This document shows, piece by piece, positions 29,950-43,530 of a stretch of 64,000 nucleotides of DNA (position 1 is its first letter; every line of letters starts with the position of its first letter). The position numbers and the translations under genes are program-made. The notes under the pieces are model-generated. The model saw nothing but the letters and a program-made list of their open reading frames with translations, had not been told where the DNA came from and did not search any database. This stretch comes from Eledone cirrhosa (lineage: Eukaryota), in the NCBI GenBank assembly GCA_964016885.1, contig OZ024754.1, positions 6,076,001 to 6,140,000 on the forward strand, read 5' to 3'.

Positions 29950-30247
29950 TATATATATATATATGCATATATATATATATATATATATATGCATATATAT
30001 ATATATATGCATATATATATATATATATATATGCATATATATATATATATGCATATATATATATATGCATATATATATATATATATATATATGCATATAT
30101 ATATATATATGCATATATATATATATGCATATATATATATATATATATATATATGCATATATATATATATATATATATGCATATATATATATATATATAT
30201 ATATATGCATATATATATATATATATATGCATATATATATATATATA

Positions 30248-30293
<46 letters not shown>

Positions 30294-30351
30294 TATATAT
30301 ATATATATATATATATATGCATATATATATATATATGCATATATATATATA

Positions 30352-30391
<40 letters not shown>

Positions 30392-30449
30392 TATATATAT
30401 ATATATATATATATATGCATATATATATATATATGCATATATATATATA

Positions 30450-30485
<36 letters not shown>

Positions 30486-30585
30486 TATATATATATATAT
30501 ATGCATATATATATATATATATATGCATATATATATATATATGCATATATATATATATATATATATATGCATATATATATATATA

Positions 30586-30639
<54 letters not shown>

Positions 30640-30645
30640 TATATA

Positions 30646-30703
<58 letters not shown>
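29516..30703. repeat. 1.2-kb (TA)n run punctuated by GC dinucleotides
   Basis: Direct reading. Confidence 0.95.
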
Positions 30704-30704
<1 letters not shown>

Positions 30705-30925
30705 CACCTTGATCACCTTGACCGACCAGTCTGTCGGGTGTCCATTCAGCGCCGCTGGTCACAGCATGCCGTCCATTCCTCTCTGGATCGTGCTTTCCTC
30801 ATCCATGTATTCCCAATCGTATTCTTAAAATCGTAACTCCACCCTCGCGGAGGCCTTCCGAGTGGACGTTTCCGCTCGCGCGGGTCCCACTCGGCAACTG
30901 CGCGGGTCCACCGATTATCGGGGTT
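30702..30925 (-). mobile_element. RTE-clade LINE 3' end
   Basis: DNRWTRAVAEWDPRERKRPLGRPPRGW...[11 protein letters not shown] is typical of the RTE C-terminus. (CAAGGTGAT)2 tail abuts (TA)n. Confidence 0.85.
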
Positions 30926-30989
30926 GTATGTCTGTTTCAACAAAGTGAGATTGATAATCACCACAATCATCATCACCAATAAGAACAAC

Positions 30990-31410
30990 GTTAACACCAC
31001 CACCGTCACTACCATGAACCACACCTCCACCAACACCACCACCATCACTACCATGAACCACGCCTCCACCAACACCACCACCATCACTACCATGAACCCC
31101 ACCACCATCACTACCATGAACCACGCCACCAACACCACCTCCATCACTACCATGAATCACGCCACGAACACCACCTCCAACACCACCACCATCACTACCA
31201 TGAACCCCACCTCCAACACCACCTCCAACACCACCTCCAACACCACCACCATCACTACCATCACTACCATGAACGCCACCACCAACACCACCTCCAACAC
31301 CACTACCATCACTACCATGAACACCACCACCAGCACCACCTCCAACACCACCAGCACCACTACCATCAACAACACTAACAACAATACCAACACCACTCCC
31401 ATCATCACCG
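30990..31410. repeat. (CAC)-derived minisatellite with a catcactaccatgaac core
   Basis: Direct reading. Confidence 0.9.
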
Positions 31411-31783
31411 CAAATCAATTGAACAAAATTTCGGTTTCATTTTATTTTTTAATCGATTATCGATTTCAGTATTTATTATTCGTTAGTCGTGTACATGTGT
31501 TGATCATCATGAAAGGCATGTACTTACTTACGGCCATTTACACTCAGAGTTCAATGCCTTCACAAATCGATGGGATCGATAAAGTAGGATAACATAGTCG
31601 TGTAATGAAATTAATCTTTTAATTGACTGGCCTAGTGGTAAGGATGTAGTACTTAGGATCATAATATCATGGGTTCGATTCATTTCACGTTGCTCCAGTA
31701 CTCAGCTGAAAATGAGTCTATAAAAGACATTTTTTTCCAATTCCACCAGCCCGTCCCTTCAATCTATCTTATTTCTCATTCTT

Positions 31784-31819
31784 TCTTCTGATGAAGGCCT
31801 AGCGCCCGAAACGTTAAGA
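31784..31819 (+). ncRNA. Minimal type I hammerhead ribozyme
   Basis: tctt-CTGATGA-aggcctagcgccc-GAAA-CG-TT-aaga. Palindromic stem III (AACGUU). A degraded relative lies at about 19503-19560. Confidence 0.8.
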
Positions 31820-31860
31820 CCTTCTTCCTGATATGTCAAGCGTTAACCTAATATATTCCT

Positions 31861-31997
31861 CCAGCAAAGAATTTTTTGCTTAAACTTTAATATGTTATTT
31901 TAATAAATATTTGCTCTACGGTTCTTATATATTTGATATATATTTATCCTTATCGAGCCCTCTTTGGATTTTAGTCTTCACATTTATTATTATTACT
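31861..31997 (+). mobile_element. Family E 3' fragment
   Basis: Reverse complement of 40621-40750. Ends in (TA)n. Confidence 0.75.
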
Positions 31998-32059
<62 letters not shown>

Positions 32060-32157
32060 CACAGAAAGATCTTTGTGAACAAATTGAGTCTATCAAGAGA
32101 AGATTTCACTCAAACGAGCCGCGGGTCATTCGAAGATTAGAGAAGACGACGAAGACA

Positions 32158-32620
32158 CTTACGTTGCCAAGGTTTAGGTCTTTACATTGCCAAAGCTTAG
32201 ATTCTTACATTGCCAAGGTTTAGATCCTTACATTGCCAAGGTTTAGGTCCTTACATTGCCATGGTTCAGGTCCTTACATTGCCATGGTTTAGGTCCTTAC
32301 ATTACCAAGGTTTTGGTCCTTACATTACCAAGGTTTTGGTACTTACATTACCATGGTTCAGGTACCTACATTGCCATGGTTTAAGTCCTTACATTGCCAA
32401 GGTTCAGGTCCTTACATTGCCAAGGCTTAGATCATTACATTTCCAAGACTTAGATCCTTACATTACCAAGGCTTAGATCCTTACATTGACGAGGATTTGG
32501 TCCTTACATTGCCAAGGTTCAGGTCCTTACATTGCCATGCCTTAGATCCTTACAGTGTCAAAGCTTAGATCCTTACATTGACAAGGTTTTTGTCCTTACA
32601 TTTCCAAGGTTTAGATCCTT
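32158..32620. repeat. 21-bp minisatellite, about 22 copies
   Basis: Unit ccttacattgccaaggtttaggt (variable). Confidence 0.9.
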
Positions 32621-33127
32621 AATTTGTCACGTAATGAGGACAGGACCTGCAACCACGTGATTGTGAAGAGATTTTCCCAACCACACACTCATACCAACAT
32701 TCATTCATTTGTTTGCTTATTTTTATTTATTGTTTGTTTGTTTGATTGTTTATCTAACTTTTCATCGGCCAATATGTACCAGTAATACACAGGGCTCATT
32801 TAGATCCATTGCCTTCGTCCACTTGACAAAAGACCCTTGTATGTTTATTTAATTACTGATACAGTTTCACTGATTTCATTCTTATAATTATATATACTTA
32901 GTAGATCTTTGTCCCTTTTGTAATCCTTTCTTTATCCTTTTAGCCCCTTATTTTCAGCCGTTCAGCTGGGCAGATGGCCCCTTGCCACAATTCTTGGGGA
33001 AAAAAAAAACCCTTTTATTATTATTATTATTCTTTTTTTTTTTCGTTTCTTTTTTTTTCTTTTTACTTCTGACTTTTCACAATGGGAGGAAAGTTTCGTG
33101 CAGTCACAGCAGGAGTCAATGCATGTA

Positions 33128-33225
33128 ATACACACATACATACATATACACACATACACACATACATACACACATACATACATACATACATACACACATA
33201 CATATACACACATACACACATACAC

Positions 33226-33256
<31 letters not shown>

Positions 33257-33961
33257 CACACATACATACATACACACATATACACACATACATACATGCA
33301 CACATACATACATACACATACGTACATACACGCATACATATACACACATACATACATACATGCATACATACACATACACACATACATGCACACATACATA
33401 CATACACACATACATATACACACATACATACATGCACACATACATACATGCACACATACATACATGCATACATACACATACACACATACATGCACACATA
33501 CATACACACATACATATACACACATACATACATGCACACATACATACATGCACACATACATACATGCATACATATACACATACATGCACACATACATACA
33601 TACACATACATACATACATACATATACACACATACACATATACACATATACACATATACACATATACACACATACATACATATATCACATACACACATAC
33701 ATATAAAAATATACGCACACATACACACACATGTACACACACATGTACACACATGGACACAGATACACACGCATACATACACATACATACACATATATAC
33801 ATACACGTACAGACACACAAGCACACACATACATACATACATATACAGACACACATATACACACACATATATTCACACACATGCACACATATATTCACAA
33901 GCACACATACACACATTCACACATATACACACACATACACGTAAAGACACACACACACACA

Positions 33962-34019
<58 letters not shown>

Positions 34020-35500
34020 TGCACACACATGATGATTATGATAATGGTGATGGTGGTGATGATTGTGCTGTTGGCGGTGGCGCTGATCAGGATGATGATG
34101 ATGATGGGGCTGATGGTGGTGGTGTTGGCGGTAGCAGTGGTACTGATGATGATGATAATGATTATGGAGCTGGTGGTGGTGGTGTCGACGGTGGCGGCAG
34201 TGGTACTGGTGGTGATGGTGGTGGTGGTGGCGGCGGTGGTGGTGGTGGCGGTGGTGGCGGTGGTGGCGGTGGTGGTGGTGGTGGTGGTGGGAGTGGTACT
34301 GGTGGTGGTGGTGGCGGCAATGGTACTGGTGGTGGTGGTGGTGGTGGTGGCGGGAGTGGTACTGGTGGTGGTGGTGGTGGTGGCGGCGGTGGTACTGGTG
34401 ATGGTGGTGGTGGTGTCGACGGTGGCGGGAGTGGTGGTGGTGTGGTGGCGGCAGTGGTACTGGTGGTAGTGGTGGTGGTGGCGGCAGTGGTACTGGTGGT
34501 AGTGGTGGTGATGGTGGTGGTGGTGGTGGTGGTAGTGGTGGTGGTGGCGGCAGTGGTGGTGGTGGTAGTGGTGGTGGTGGCGGCAGTGGTGGTGGCGGCA
34601 GTGGTACTGGTGGTAGTGGTGGTGGTGGCGGCAGTGGTACTGGTGGTAGTGGTGGTGGTGGCGGCAGTGGTGGTGGTGGTAGTGGTGGTGGTGGCGGCAG
34701 TGGTGGTGGTGGTAGTGGTGGTGGTGGCGGCAGTGGTGGTGGCGGCAGTGGTACTGGTGGTAGTGGTGGTGGTGGCGGCAGTGGTGGTGGTGGTAGTGGT
34801 GGTGGTGGCGGCAGTGGTGGTGGTGGTAGTGGTGGTGGTGGCGGCAGTGGTGGTGGTGGTGGTAGTGGTGGTGGTGGCGGCAGTGGTGGTGGTGGTAGTG
34901 GTGGTGGTGGCGGCAGTGGTGGTGGTGGTAGTGGTGGTGGTGGCGGCAGTGGTGGTGGTGGTAGTGGTGGTGGTGGCGGCAGTGGTGGTGGTGGTAGTGG
35001 TGGTGGTGGTAGTGGTGGTGGTGGCGGCAGTGGTGGTGGTGGTAGTGGTGGTGGTGGCGGCAGTGGTGGCGGTGGTAGTGGTGGTGGTGGCGGCAGTGGT
35101 GGTGGTGGTAGTGGTGGTTGTGGTAGTGGTGGTGGTGGCGGCAGTGGTGGTGGTGGTAGTGGTGGTGGTGGTGGTGGTGGTGGTGGTGGTGGTGGTGGCG
35201 GCAGCGGTGGTGGTGGTAGTGGTGGTGGTGGCGGCAGTGGTGGTGGTGGTAGTGGTGGTGGTGGCGGCAGTGGTGGTGGTGGTAGTGGTGGTGGTGGCGG
35301 CAGTGGTGGTGGTGGTAGTGGTGGTGGTGGCGGCAGTGGTGGTGGTGGTAGTGGTGGTGGTGGCGGCAGTGGTGGTGGTGGTAGTGGTGGTGGTGGCGGC
35401 AGTGGTGGTGGTGGTAGTGGTGGTGGTGGCGGCAGTGGTGGTGGTGGTAGTGGTGGTGGTGGCGGCAGTGGTGGTGTGGTGGTGGCGGTGGTAGTGGTGG
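33128..35500. repeat. (CATA/CA)n block followed by (GGT)n with a ~33-bp higher-order unit
   Basis: Direct reading: ggcggcagt(ggt)4agt(ggt)3. Confidence 0.9.
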
Positions 35501-35718
35501 TATTGCCCTCGTCTGTCACACTAACACAACCACTGTCATAGCTTCTGCAATACAACCCTCCATCTCACTATACACACACACACTCATGTGTGTGTGTGTA
35601 TATATATATGTGTGTGTGTGTGTGTTTATATATATGTGTGTGTGTGTGTTTATATGTGTGTGTGTGTGTTTATATATATGTGTGTGTGTGTATTTATATA
35701 TATATATGTGTGTGTGTT

Positions 35719-35749
<31 letters not shown>

Positions 35750-35941
35750 TTATATATATGTGTGTGTGTGTGTGTGTTTATATATATGTGTGTGTGTGTG
35801 TGTGTTTATATATATGTGTGTGTGTGTGTGTGTTTATATGTGTGTGTGTGTTTATATATATGTGTGTGTGTCTGTTTATATATATGTGTGTCTGTTTATA
35901 TATATATATATGTGTGTGTGTCTATTTATATATATATATAT

Positions 35942-36090
35942 CAAAGGTAAATGTGGTAAGGAACCAGATGGACCATAACTCACCAGAGTACTCAATACTT
36001 AGGGTAGTAGAGTGGGAAATAGGAAAAAGTATGACCCCGACGGCAGAGCTCAAACGGCTTGAGCTCTGCCGTCGGGGTCATACTTTTTCC

Positions 36091-36091
<1 letters not shown>
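35942..36091. mobile_element. Family A element with terminal inversion
   Basis: Fold-back centred at gagctcaa-acggc-ttgagctc. Confidence 0.8.
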
Positions 36092-36127
<36 letters not shown>

Positions 36128-36167
36128 ATTTATATATGTATATGTATTTTATATATGTATGTATGTA

Positions 36168-36198
<31 letters not shown>

Positions 36199-36329
36199 GG
36201 AAAGTTATATTTAAAATTGTTGGGTTACAACTAGTAAATATTTATAACTGATATAAAAGCACTCGACAAATATTTGGAGTATATTTACAATATTAAATAA
36301 ATGGAAACTATATTTATAAAACCATATTT

Positions 36330-36393
36330 ATTTCATTATATATATTTCGGGGATATCATATTAACAATATGCTATGCCTTCCTCAGACAAAAT
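36330..36393 (-). ncRNA. Type I hammerhead ribozyme (family C') within element 36199-36450
   Basis: Reverse complement attttgt-CTGAGGA-aggcatagcatattgttaatatgatatcccc-GAAA-t-atat-a-TA-atgaaat. Confidence 0.75.
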
Positions 36394-36514
36394 ACAATAT
36401 AAACAGTTTTATAGATAAATAGATTCGACATACCGTTATAACACCGACTTGCATATATATATGTATTTATATGTATGTATTCATATATATATATGTATTC
36501 GTATGTATGTATGT

Positions 36515-36612
<98 letters not shown>

Positions 36613-36991
36613 CTATGTATAATACATATATTTACATGTATATTTGTGTGGAAATACATGGCCCCACTGAATGGTCTTGTGGTCAGACCTGGCTACCCTG
36701 TGTCTTTAGACGATCTCACACACACATACACACATACACACACACACACACACACATACAAACACACACATACACCACACACACACACATACATATATAC
36801 ACACACACACATACACATATAACTTTGATAACTATGATAGGTTTCGGCCAGTATTAGCCCAGGCCATGTCTAAGTTAATAGCACACACACATACAAGCAC
36901 ACACATACAAGCACACACACACACCACACTCACACACACCACACACATATACACTACACACACACACACATGCAAACACATACATACATAT

Positions 36992-37022
<31 letters not shown>

Positions 37023-37319
37023 AACAAAAATATATACACACCCAGAAACATATTTTTACATACATACACGGCACATACGCGTAGAGCACACACAAACAGA
37101 TATGCACACATAGACACAGAGACACATACACAGGAAGAGGCACACACACACACGCACACATACACAGGAAGAGGTACACATACACATACACAGGAAGAGG
37201 TACGCACACACACACACACACACACAGGAAGAGATACATATGCACACACACACACACGCACACGCATGCACACATGCACAGGAAGAGGTACATATGCACA
37301 CACACACACATACACACAC

Positions 37320-37352
<33 letters not shown>

Positions 37353-37762
37353 CACAGACCGGCAGGTGGAGATGGTGGAAGTGGTGGCAGTGGTATATAT
37401 GTATGTTTAGGGGGGGGGGGAGATTGAAACAACTCGTCCCTCCGCCCCTTCCCCTTCCATCCCTCCCTCCCTCTATTACTCCCCCCGCCCCTGTGGTCCT
37501 CTACTTACCCGTCTGTGACAGACGTTAATGATGCTCTTCCTCTCCCCTCCTCCTCTTCTTGTTATTTCCCTCTCACCCCCGCCCACCAAACAACCCCACC
37601 ACCACCACCGTCCGTCGTTGATGAGGTGGGCGTGGCTCTCAGACTAAACATAAACCCTCACGATTGTTGTAGTCTGGTACAGCGTGCTCGGCTCGCACCA
37701 CCCTCAGTCCCTACCGACACCAGTGCAGCCGCCGACACTAGTTCACCACCCCCAGACCCCTC

Positions 37763-39520
37763 CCACCACCACCACTATCACCACCATCACCACCATCACC
37801 AGATCACCATCACCACCACTACCACCACTATCACCACCACCCCCAATATCACTACCACTATCACCCCACCAACACCACTATCACCATCACCACCACTATC
37901 ACCATCACCACCACTATCACCACCACTATCACCACCACCACCACTATCACCACCACTACCACTATCACCACCACCACCACTACCACCACCACTATCACCA
38001 CCACTACCACTATCACCACCACTACCACTATCACCACCACCACCACTACCACCACCACTATCACCATCACCACCACTATCACCACCACTACCACTATCAC
38101 CATCACCACCACTACCACCACCACTATCACCACCACTACCACTATCACCACCACTACCACTATCACCACTACCACCACCACTATCACCACCACTACCACT
38201 ATCACCACCACTACCACTATCACCACCACCACCACTACCACCACCACTATCACCGCCACCACTATCACCACCACTACCACTATCACCACCACCACCACTA
38301 CTACCACCACCACCACTATCACCACCACCACTATCACTACCACCACTATCACCACCACCACTACTATCACCACCACCACTATCACCACCACCACTACCAC
38401 TACCACTATCACCACCACCACCACCACCACCACTATCACCACCACCACTACCACTACCACTATAACCACTACTATCACCACCACCACTACCACCACCACC
38501 ACTATCACCACCACCACTATCACCACCACTACTATCACCACCACAACTATCACCACCACCACTATCACCACCATACCACCACCACCACCACTACCACCAC
38601 CACCACTACCACCACCACCACCACTACCACTCCCACCACTACCACCACTACCACCACCACCACTACCACCACCACCACTACCACCACCACCACTACCACC
38701 ACCACCACTACCACCACCACCACTATCACCACCACCACTACCACCACCACCACTACCACCACACCACTACCACCACCACCACTACCACCACCACCACTAT
38801 CACCACCACCACTACCACCACCACCACTACCACCACCACTACCACCACCACCACTACCACCACCACCACTATCACCACCACCACTATCACCACCACCACT
38901 ACCACCACCACCACTACCACCACCACTACCACCACCACCACTACCACCACACCACTACCACCACCACCACTACCACCACCACCACTACCACCACCACCAC
39001 TATCACCACCACCACTACCACCACCACCACTACCACCACCACTACCACCACCACCACTACCACCACCACCACTACCACCACCACCACTACCACCACCACC
39101 ACTACCACCACCACCACTACCACCACCACCACTACCACCACCACCATTATCACCACCACTACCACCACCACCACTATCACCACCACCACTATCACCACCA
39201 CCACTATCACCACCACCACTACCACCACCACCACTACCACCACCACCACTATCACCACCACCACTATCACCACCACCACTACCACCACCACTACCACCAC
39301 TATCACCACCACCACTATCACCACCACCACCACCACTACCACCACCACCACCACTACTACCACCACCACCACTACCACCACCACCACTACCACCACCACC
39401 ACCACCACCACCACCACTACCACCACCACCACCACTACCACCACCACCACTACTACCACCACCACCACTACCACCACCACCACCACTACTACCACCACCA
39501 CCACTACTACCACCACCATC
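37763..39520. repeat. (CAC)n with CTA/TAT interruptions (~15-bp unit)
   Basis: Direct reading. Confidence 0.9.
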
Positions 39521-39780
39521 TTCTTTCTATATTAATTTCCGATCTTATTCACTATCCCCGCCAACAAGACTTCGAAACTTTCTTCTGTCCAACTACATTT
39601 AGTGTCACCATCCCCTCTCTCTGTCACACCATCCCCCTCTCTCTGTCACACCATCCCCCTCTCTCTCTCCCACCATCCCCCTCTCTCACCATCTCCCTCT
39701 CTTTCTCTTTCTCTCTCGCTCTCCCTCTCTCTCTCTATATATATATAATATATATATAATATATATATATATATTTATAT

Positions 39781-39920
39781 AGTTCGGATCTAGTTGTCGA
39801 AACGGCCAGAGCTCAGCCGTCGGGGTCCTGACTCTTTTCCTATTACCCACTCTACTACCCTAAGTATTGAGTACTCTGGGGCGTTATGGTTCACCTGGTT
39901 CCTTACCACACTTCCTTCGT
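39781..39920 (+). mobile_element. Family A element
   Basis: GAAA-CGGC-cagagctca-GCCG-TC-ggggtc...ttgagtactct...ccttcgt(TA)n. Confidence 0.8.
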
Positions 39921-40117
39921 TATATATATATATATATATTCCTTCTTCCTCACTTTTCGTTGCATTACCATCTTTGATTATTTACAATCTCGCTCGTTCC
40001 CCTTATTTACGTGTCCCAACGACTTTCTTTAGTCGTTGATCGCACCAACCGGAGATATATGGTCTTTAAAGTGATGAAATACCAATGAAGGTTGGAAGAT
40101 CACTGATGAAGGACTAA

Positions 40118-40157
<40 letters not shown>

Positions 40158-40303
40158 TTTGAGTATATGTTGGTTGTATACCAAACCCTAGTATGCAGAT
40201 TGAAGTACTCGACGAAGTGCGCAGATTGGTTGGGTTACTCCTGAGTAATGTAAAATAAACTAAAATAAATAAGTCAAATATTTAAAATGTGGCTTCGTTT
40301 ATT

Positions 40304-40358
40304 ACTGCTATATATATTTCGGTGACAGCCATCTTTGGCTGTGACCTCTTCAGGCAGT
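40304..40358 (-). ncRNA. Type I hammerhead ribozyme within palindromic element 40155-40513
   Basis: Reverse complement actgc-CTGAAGA-ggtcacagccaaagatggctgtcacc-GAAA-t-atat-a-TA-gcagt. An inverted copy at 40467-40513 is cut in stem III. Confidence 0.85.
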
Positions 40359-40517
40359 CCGAATTAGTGTAGTAGAGACGAGTACACATGTTGTTGAGCT
40401 GTTTAACTTTGTCAATACTCTGATATGCCCAGTTCCTCTGTACTCGTCTCTACCACACTAATTCGGACTGCCTGAAGAGGTCACAGCCAAAGATGGCTGT
40501 CACCGAAATATATTGGT

Positions 40518-40570
40518 GAGCTTCCTGATGATTTCTCACGAATGAAACAGCTCTAGTCCTGTAGAAGCTC
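40518..40570 (+). ncRNA. Type I hammerhead ribozyme (family B)
   Basis: gagcttc-CTGATGA-tttctcacgaat-GAAA-cag-ctctagtc-ctg-TA-gaagctc. 7-bp stem I. Confidence 0.85.
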
Positions 40571-40577
40571 TTCTATA

Positions 40578-40620
<43 letters not shown>

Positions 40621-40624
<4 letters not shown>

Positions 40625-40818
40625 ATAATAATAAATTTGAAGACTAAAATCCAAAGAGGACTCGATAAGGATAAATATATATCAAATATATAAGAACCGT
40701 AGAGCAAATATTTATTAAAATAACAGATTAAAGTTTAAGCAAAGAATTGCTGCTTTCACCCTTAACGGGATCTTCTGAAAGCAGCGATTCTTTGCTTAAA
40801 CTTTAATCTGTTATTTTA

Positions 40819-40825
<7 letters not shown>
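40621..40825 (-). mobile_element. Family E element; inversion junction inside the CUGAAGA box
   Basis: Reverse complement (..)GAAGA-tcccgttaagggt-GAAA-gca-...-tgc-TT-aaac. (TA)n on both sides. Confidence 0.7.
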
Positions 40826-40880
<55 letters not shown>

Positions 40881-41021
40881 AGTTAGAAACTAAATAATTA
40901 AAATACCAATTGAGTCTGACAAACCATATTGTTTATAGTTAATATACTATTCACCCTAACGAATCTGGTTCCTTATAATTTGAACACAGAAATGTATATA
41001 TCTGTGTTTATCTCTCCTTAT

Positions 41022-41052
<31 letters not shown>

Positions 41053-41053
41053 T

Positions 41054-41449
41054 TAAAGGTTAAACAAGGTTCGATGAATAAATCAAAGAATTAGTTTTAC
41101 AATAGATTGGAAGCACTCAACAATAATGGTTTTCCGGAGTTATTAATATTCATTCAAAATATTAACAAAAATAGAACTTCATATAGAACTTCATATATTT
41201 TATTATACATATTTCAGAGGTACTGAGCTAACTTCAACAGTACGTCCTCATCAGATAAAATAAGATGATGCATGACATACCCTGGCATAGTAGATGGATC
41301 TTAACCATCTACTATGTCAGGGTATGCCATGCATCATCTTATTTTATCTGATGAGGACGTACTGTTGAAGTTAGCTCAGTACCTCTGAAATATGTATAAT
41401 AAAATATACTTGATCACAATGAAGTTCTATTTTTGTTAATATTTTGAAT
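41054..41449. mobile_element. Palindromic family C element with two complete hammerheads (41197-41261 minus; 41341-41405 plus)
   Basis: Arms of about 140 bp around 41301. Each reads attttat-CTGATGA-ggacgtactg...cagtacctct-GAAA-t-atgt-a-TA-ataaaat. Confidence 0.85.
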
Positions 41450-41465
41450 ATATATATATATATAT

Positions 41466-41700
41466 AATTAGAAAGTGAACAGCACAAAATATAACTACTC
41501 CATTACCAAAGGTTTCTGGATAATAATATAGGTCTGGATCGGTCGTCAGACGAACGATCCAGACCTATATTATTATCGTCTGTGATCCAGAAACCTTTGG
41601 TAATGGAGTAATATTTTATGTTGTTCACTTTCTAATTAAATAGCTCTGTTCTATACATAGAGCACTCTTTTTTCCTTTGCTTTTCCTTTGGAATTATGTA
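41466..41700. mobile_element. Palindromic family D element; CUGACGA on the minus strand at 41543-41549
   Basis: The left arm keeps CTGACGA but lacks part of stem II. The right arm keeps stem II, GAAA and stem III but lacks the box. Confidence 0.72.
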
Positions 41701-42957
41701 ACATATATAAGTTTTCGTTGGCACACGCCGATGGAGGAGGGTGCTCAGGGTGTTACCACAAAATCCACAATAATGCTAATATATGTTAAGTCTTCTCATT
41801 CCACCATAATGATGGATATTAATAGTTAGAGAGAGAGAGAGACAACCACGAGGGAGAGATACGTCTAAGTTACTAAATACTTTGCCATTAGTTTCACTCT
41901 GTTCGGCCCGTCATTTCACTAAGTTCGGTTATACTAAGACCCATTTCTAAGTTACCAATACCAAGCACCCAACCACCCAAATCACTCCACCAATTCCATT
42001 ACTCTTTAACTTTTCTTATTTAAATTTTTCTTTTTTTTTTTGCATTTTTGCTTTTTTCTTTGCTTTTTTTTCGCTTTTTATGCTTTTTTGTTGGGTTTTT
42101 TTGGAGGGGGAGGTTTTTTTGGCTTTATTTTGCTTCTTTGCTTTTTTTTTTCAATTTGTTTTTGTTTTGTTTTTCTCTTTTTGACTTTATTTTTTACTTT
42201 ATTTTGCTGTTTTTTTTATTTAGGGGAATTTTTGCTTTTGTTTTTGCTCTTTTTTCTTTTGTTTTTGCTCTTTTTTCTTTTGTTTTTTTGGGGGTTTTTT
42301 TGTTTGTTTTTTTTGTTTTTGCACTTTTTTCTTTTGTTTTGCTTTATTTTTATGCCAGATATATAGACTCTATGATATAACTTACAACGATTTAGTTGAA
42401 GATAAAACGAGTTTGCTGCCGAAGCCATAGAGATGAAATAATTTAGAGAAATGGCAATATGTTACAAGTTCTAGAAGATTTTCACAGTAAATTAAGAGAT
42501 TCCTGAAGATGATATAATATTACAACTAATTTAACATTCAGCTAAACACCCACTTTTCTTTTACCACTAGTAAGGTCGCAGATTGCAAATTGATGTATGT
42601 ATAAGATATAAATAAGCATAGATAAGGTTTAGTTGTAAGCAATAGGGAAAGAGACCTAAAATTAGTCATTACTAAAATTTCCATTTGCAATGATATAATG
42701 AGCAAACGTTAATTATAATGCAATCTATAATATGAAGGTCTGTGGGATATGGTAATCTTAGATTAACACCCGGGGTGGATAGAAGTGATGTAATTTATTG
42801 TGGCTGTCTAATTACTCCAAAAGTTTTAGCTGCTCTGTTTTGTTTGGTGTGTTTTTAAAATATATTTACCAACGAACCTTTTCGCTGACATCTTTGATAA
42901 CTTCGTCAAAGACTTCACAATGTCTGTGGACCACACCCTCCTTCCTCTGTCTGCTTA

Positions 42958-43530
42958 GTCTTCTTCTTCTTCTTCTTCTTCTTCTTCTTCTTCTTCTGTC
43001 CTTCTTTTCTTTCTTCTTCTTCTTCTTCTTCTTTTCCTTCTTCTTCTTCTTCTTCTTCTTTTCCTTCTTCTTTTTCTTTTTCTTCTTCTTTTTTCTTCTT
43101 TTTCTTCTTTTTCTTCTTCTTCTTCTTCTTCTTATGTTATTCTTTTCCTCCTCCTTCCCCTTCTTATGTCATTCTTTTTCTTCTTCTTCTTATGTCATTC
43201 TTTTCCTTCTTCTTCTTCTTATGTCATTCTTTTTCTTCTGCTTCTTATGTCACTCTTTTCCTTCTGTTTCATATGTCAGTCTCCTTCTTCTTGTTCTTCT
43301 TCTTCTTAGTATGTCAGTCTCCTTCTCTTCTCCTTCTCTTCTCCTTCTTCTTCGCCTTCTTCTTCTTCTTCTGTCACAGTATCTTTTTCTTTTCTTTTTC
43401 TTCTTTTTCTTCTTTTTATTTTTCTTCCTCTTCTTTTCCTTTTCTTCCTCTTTTTCTTTTCTTCACTTTCCTTTTCTTCACTTTCTTTTTCTTTTTCTTT
43501 TCTTTTTCTTCCTTTTCTATTTCTCCTTCT
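42958..43530. repeat. (TTC)n-rich tract
   Basis: Direct reading. Confidence 0.9.
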
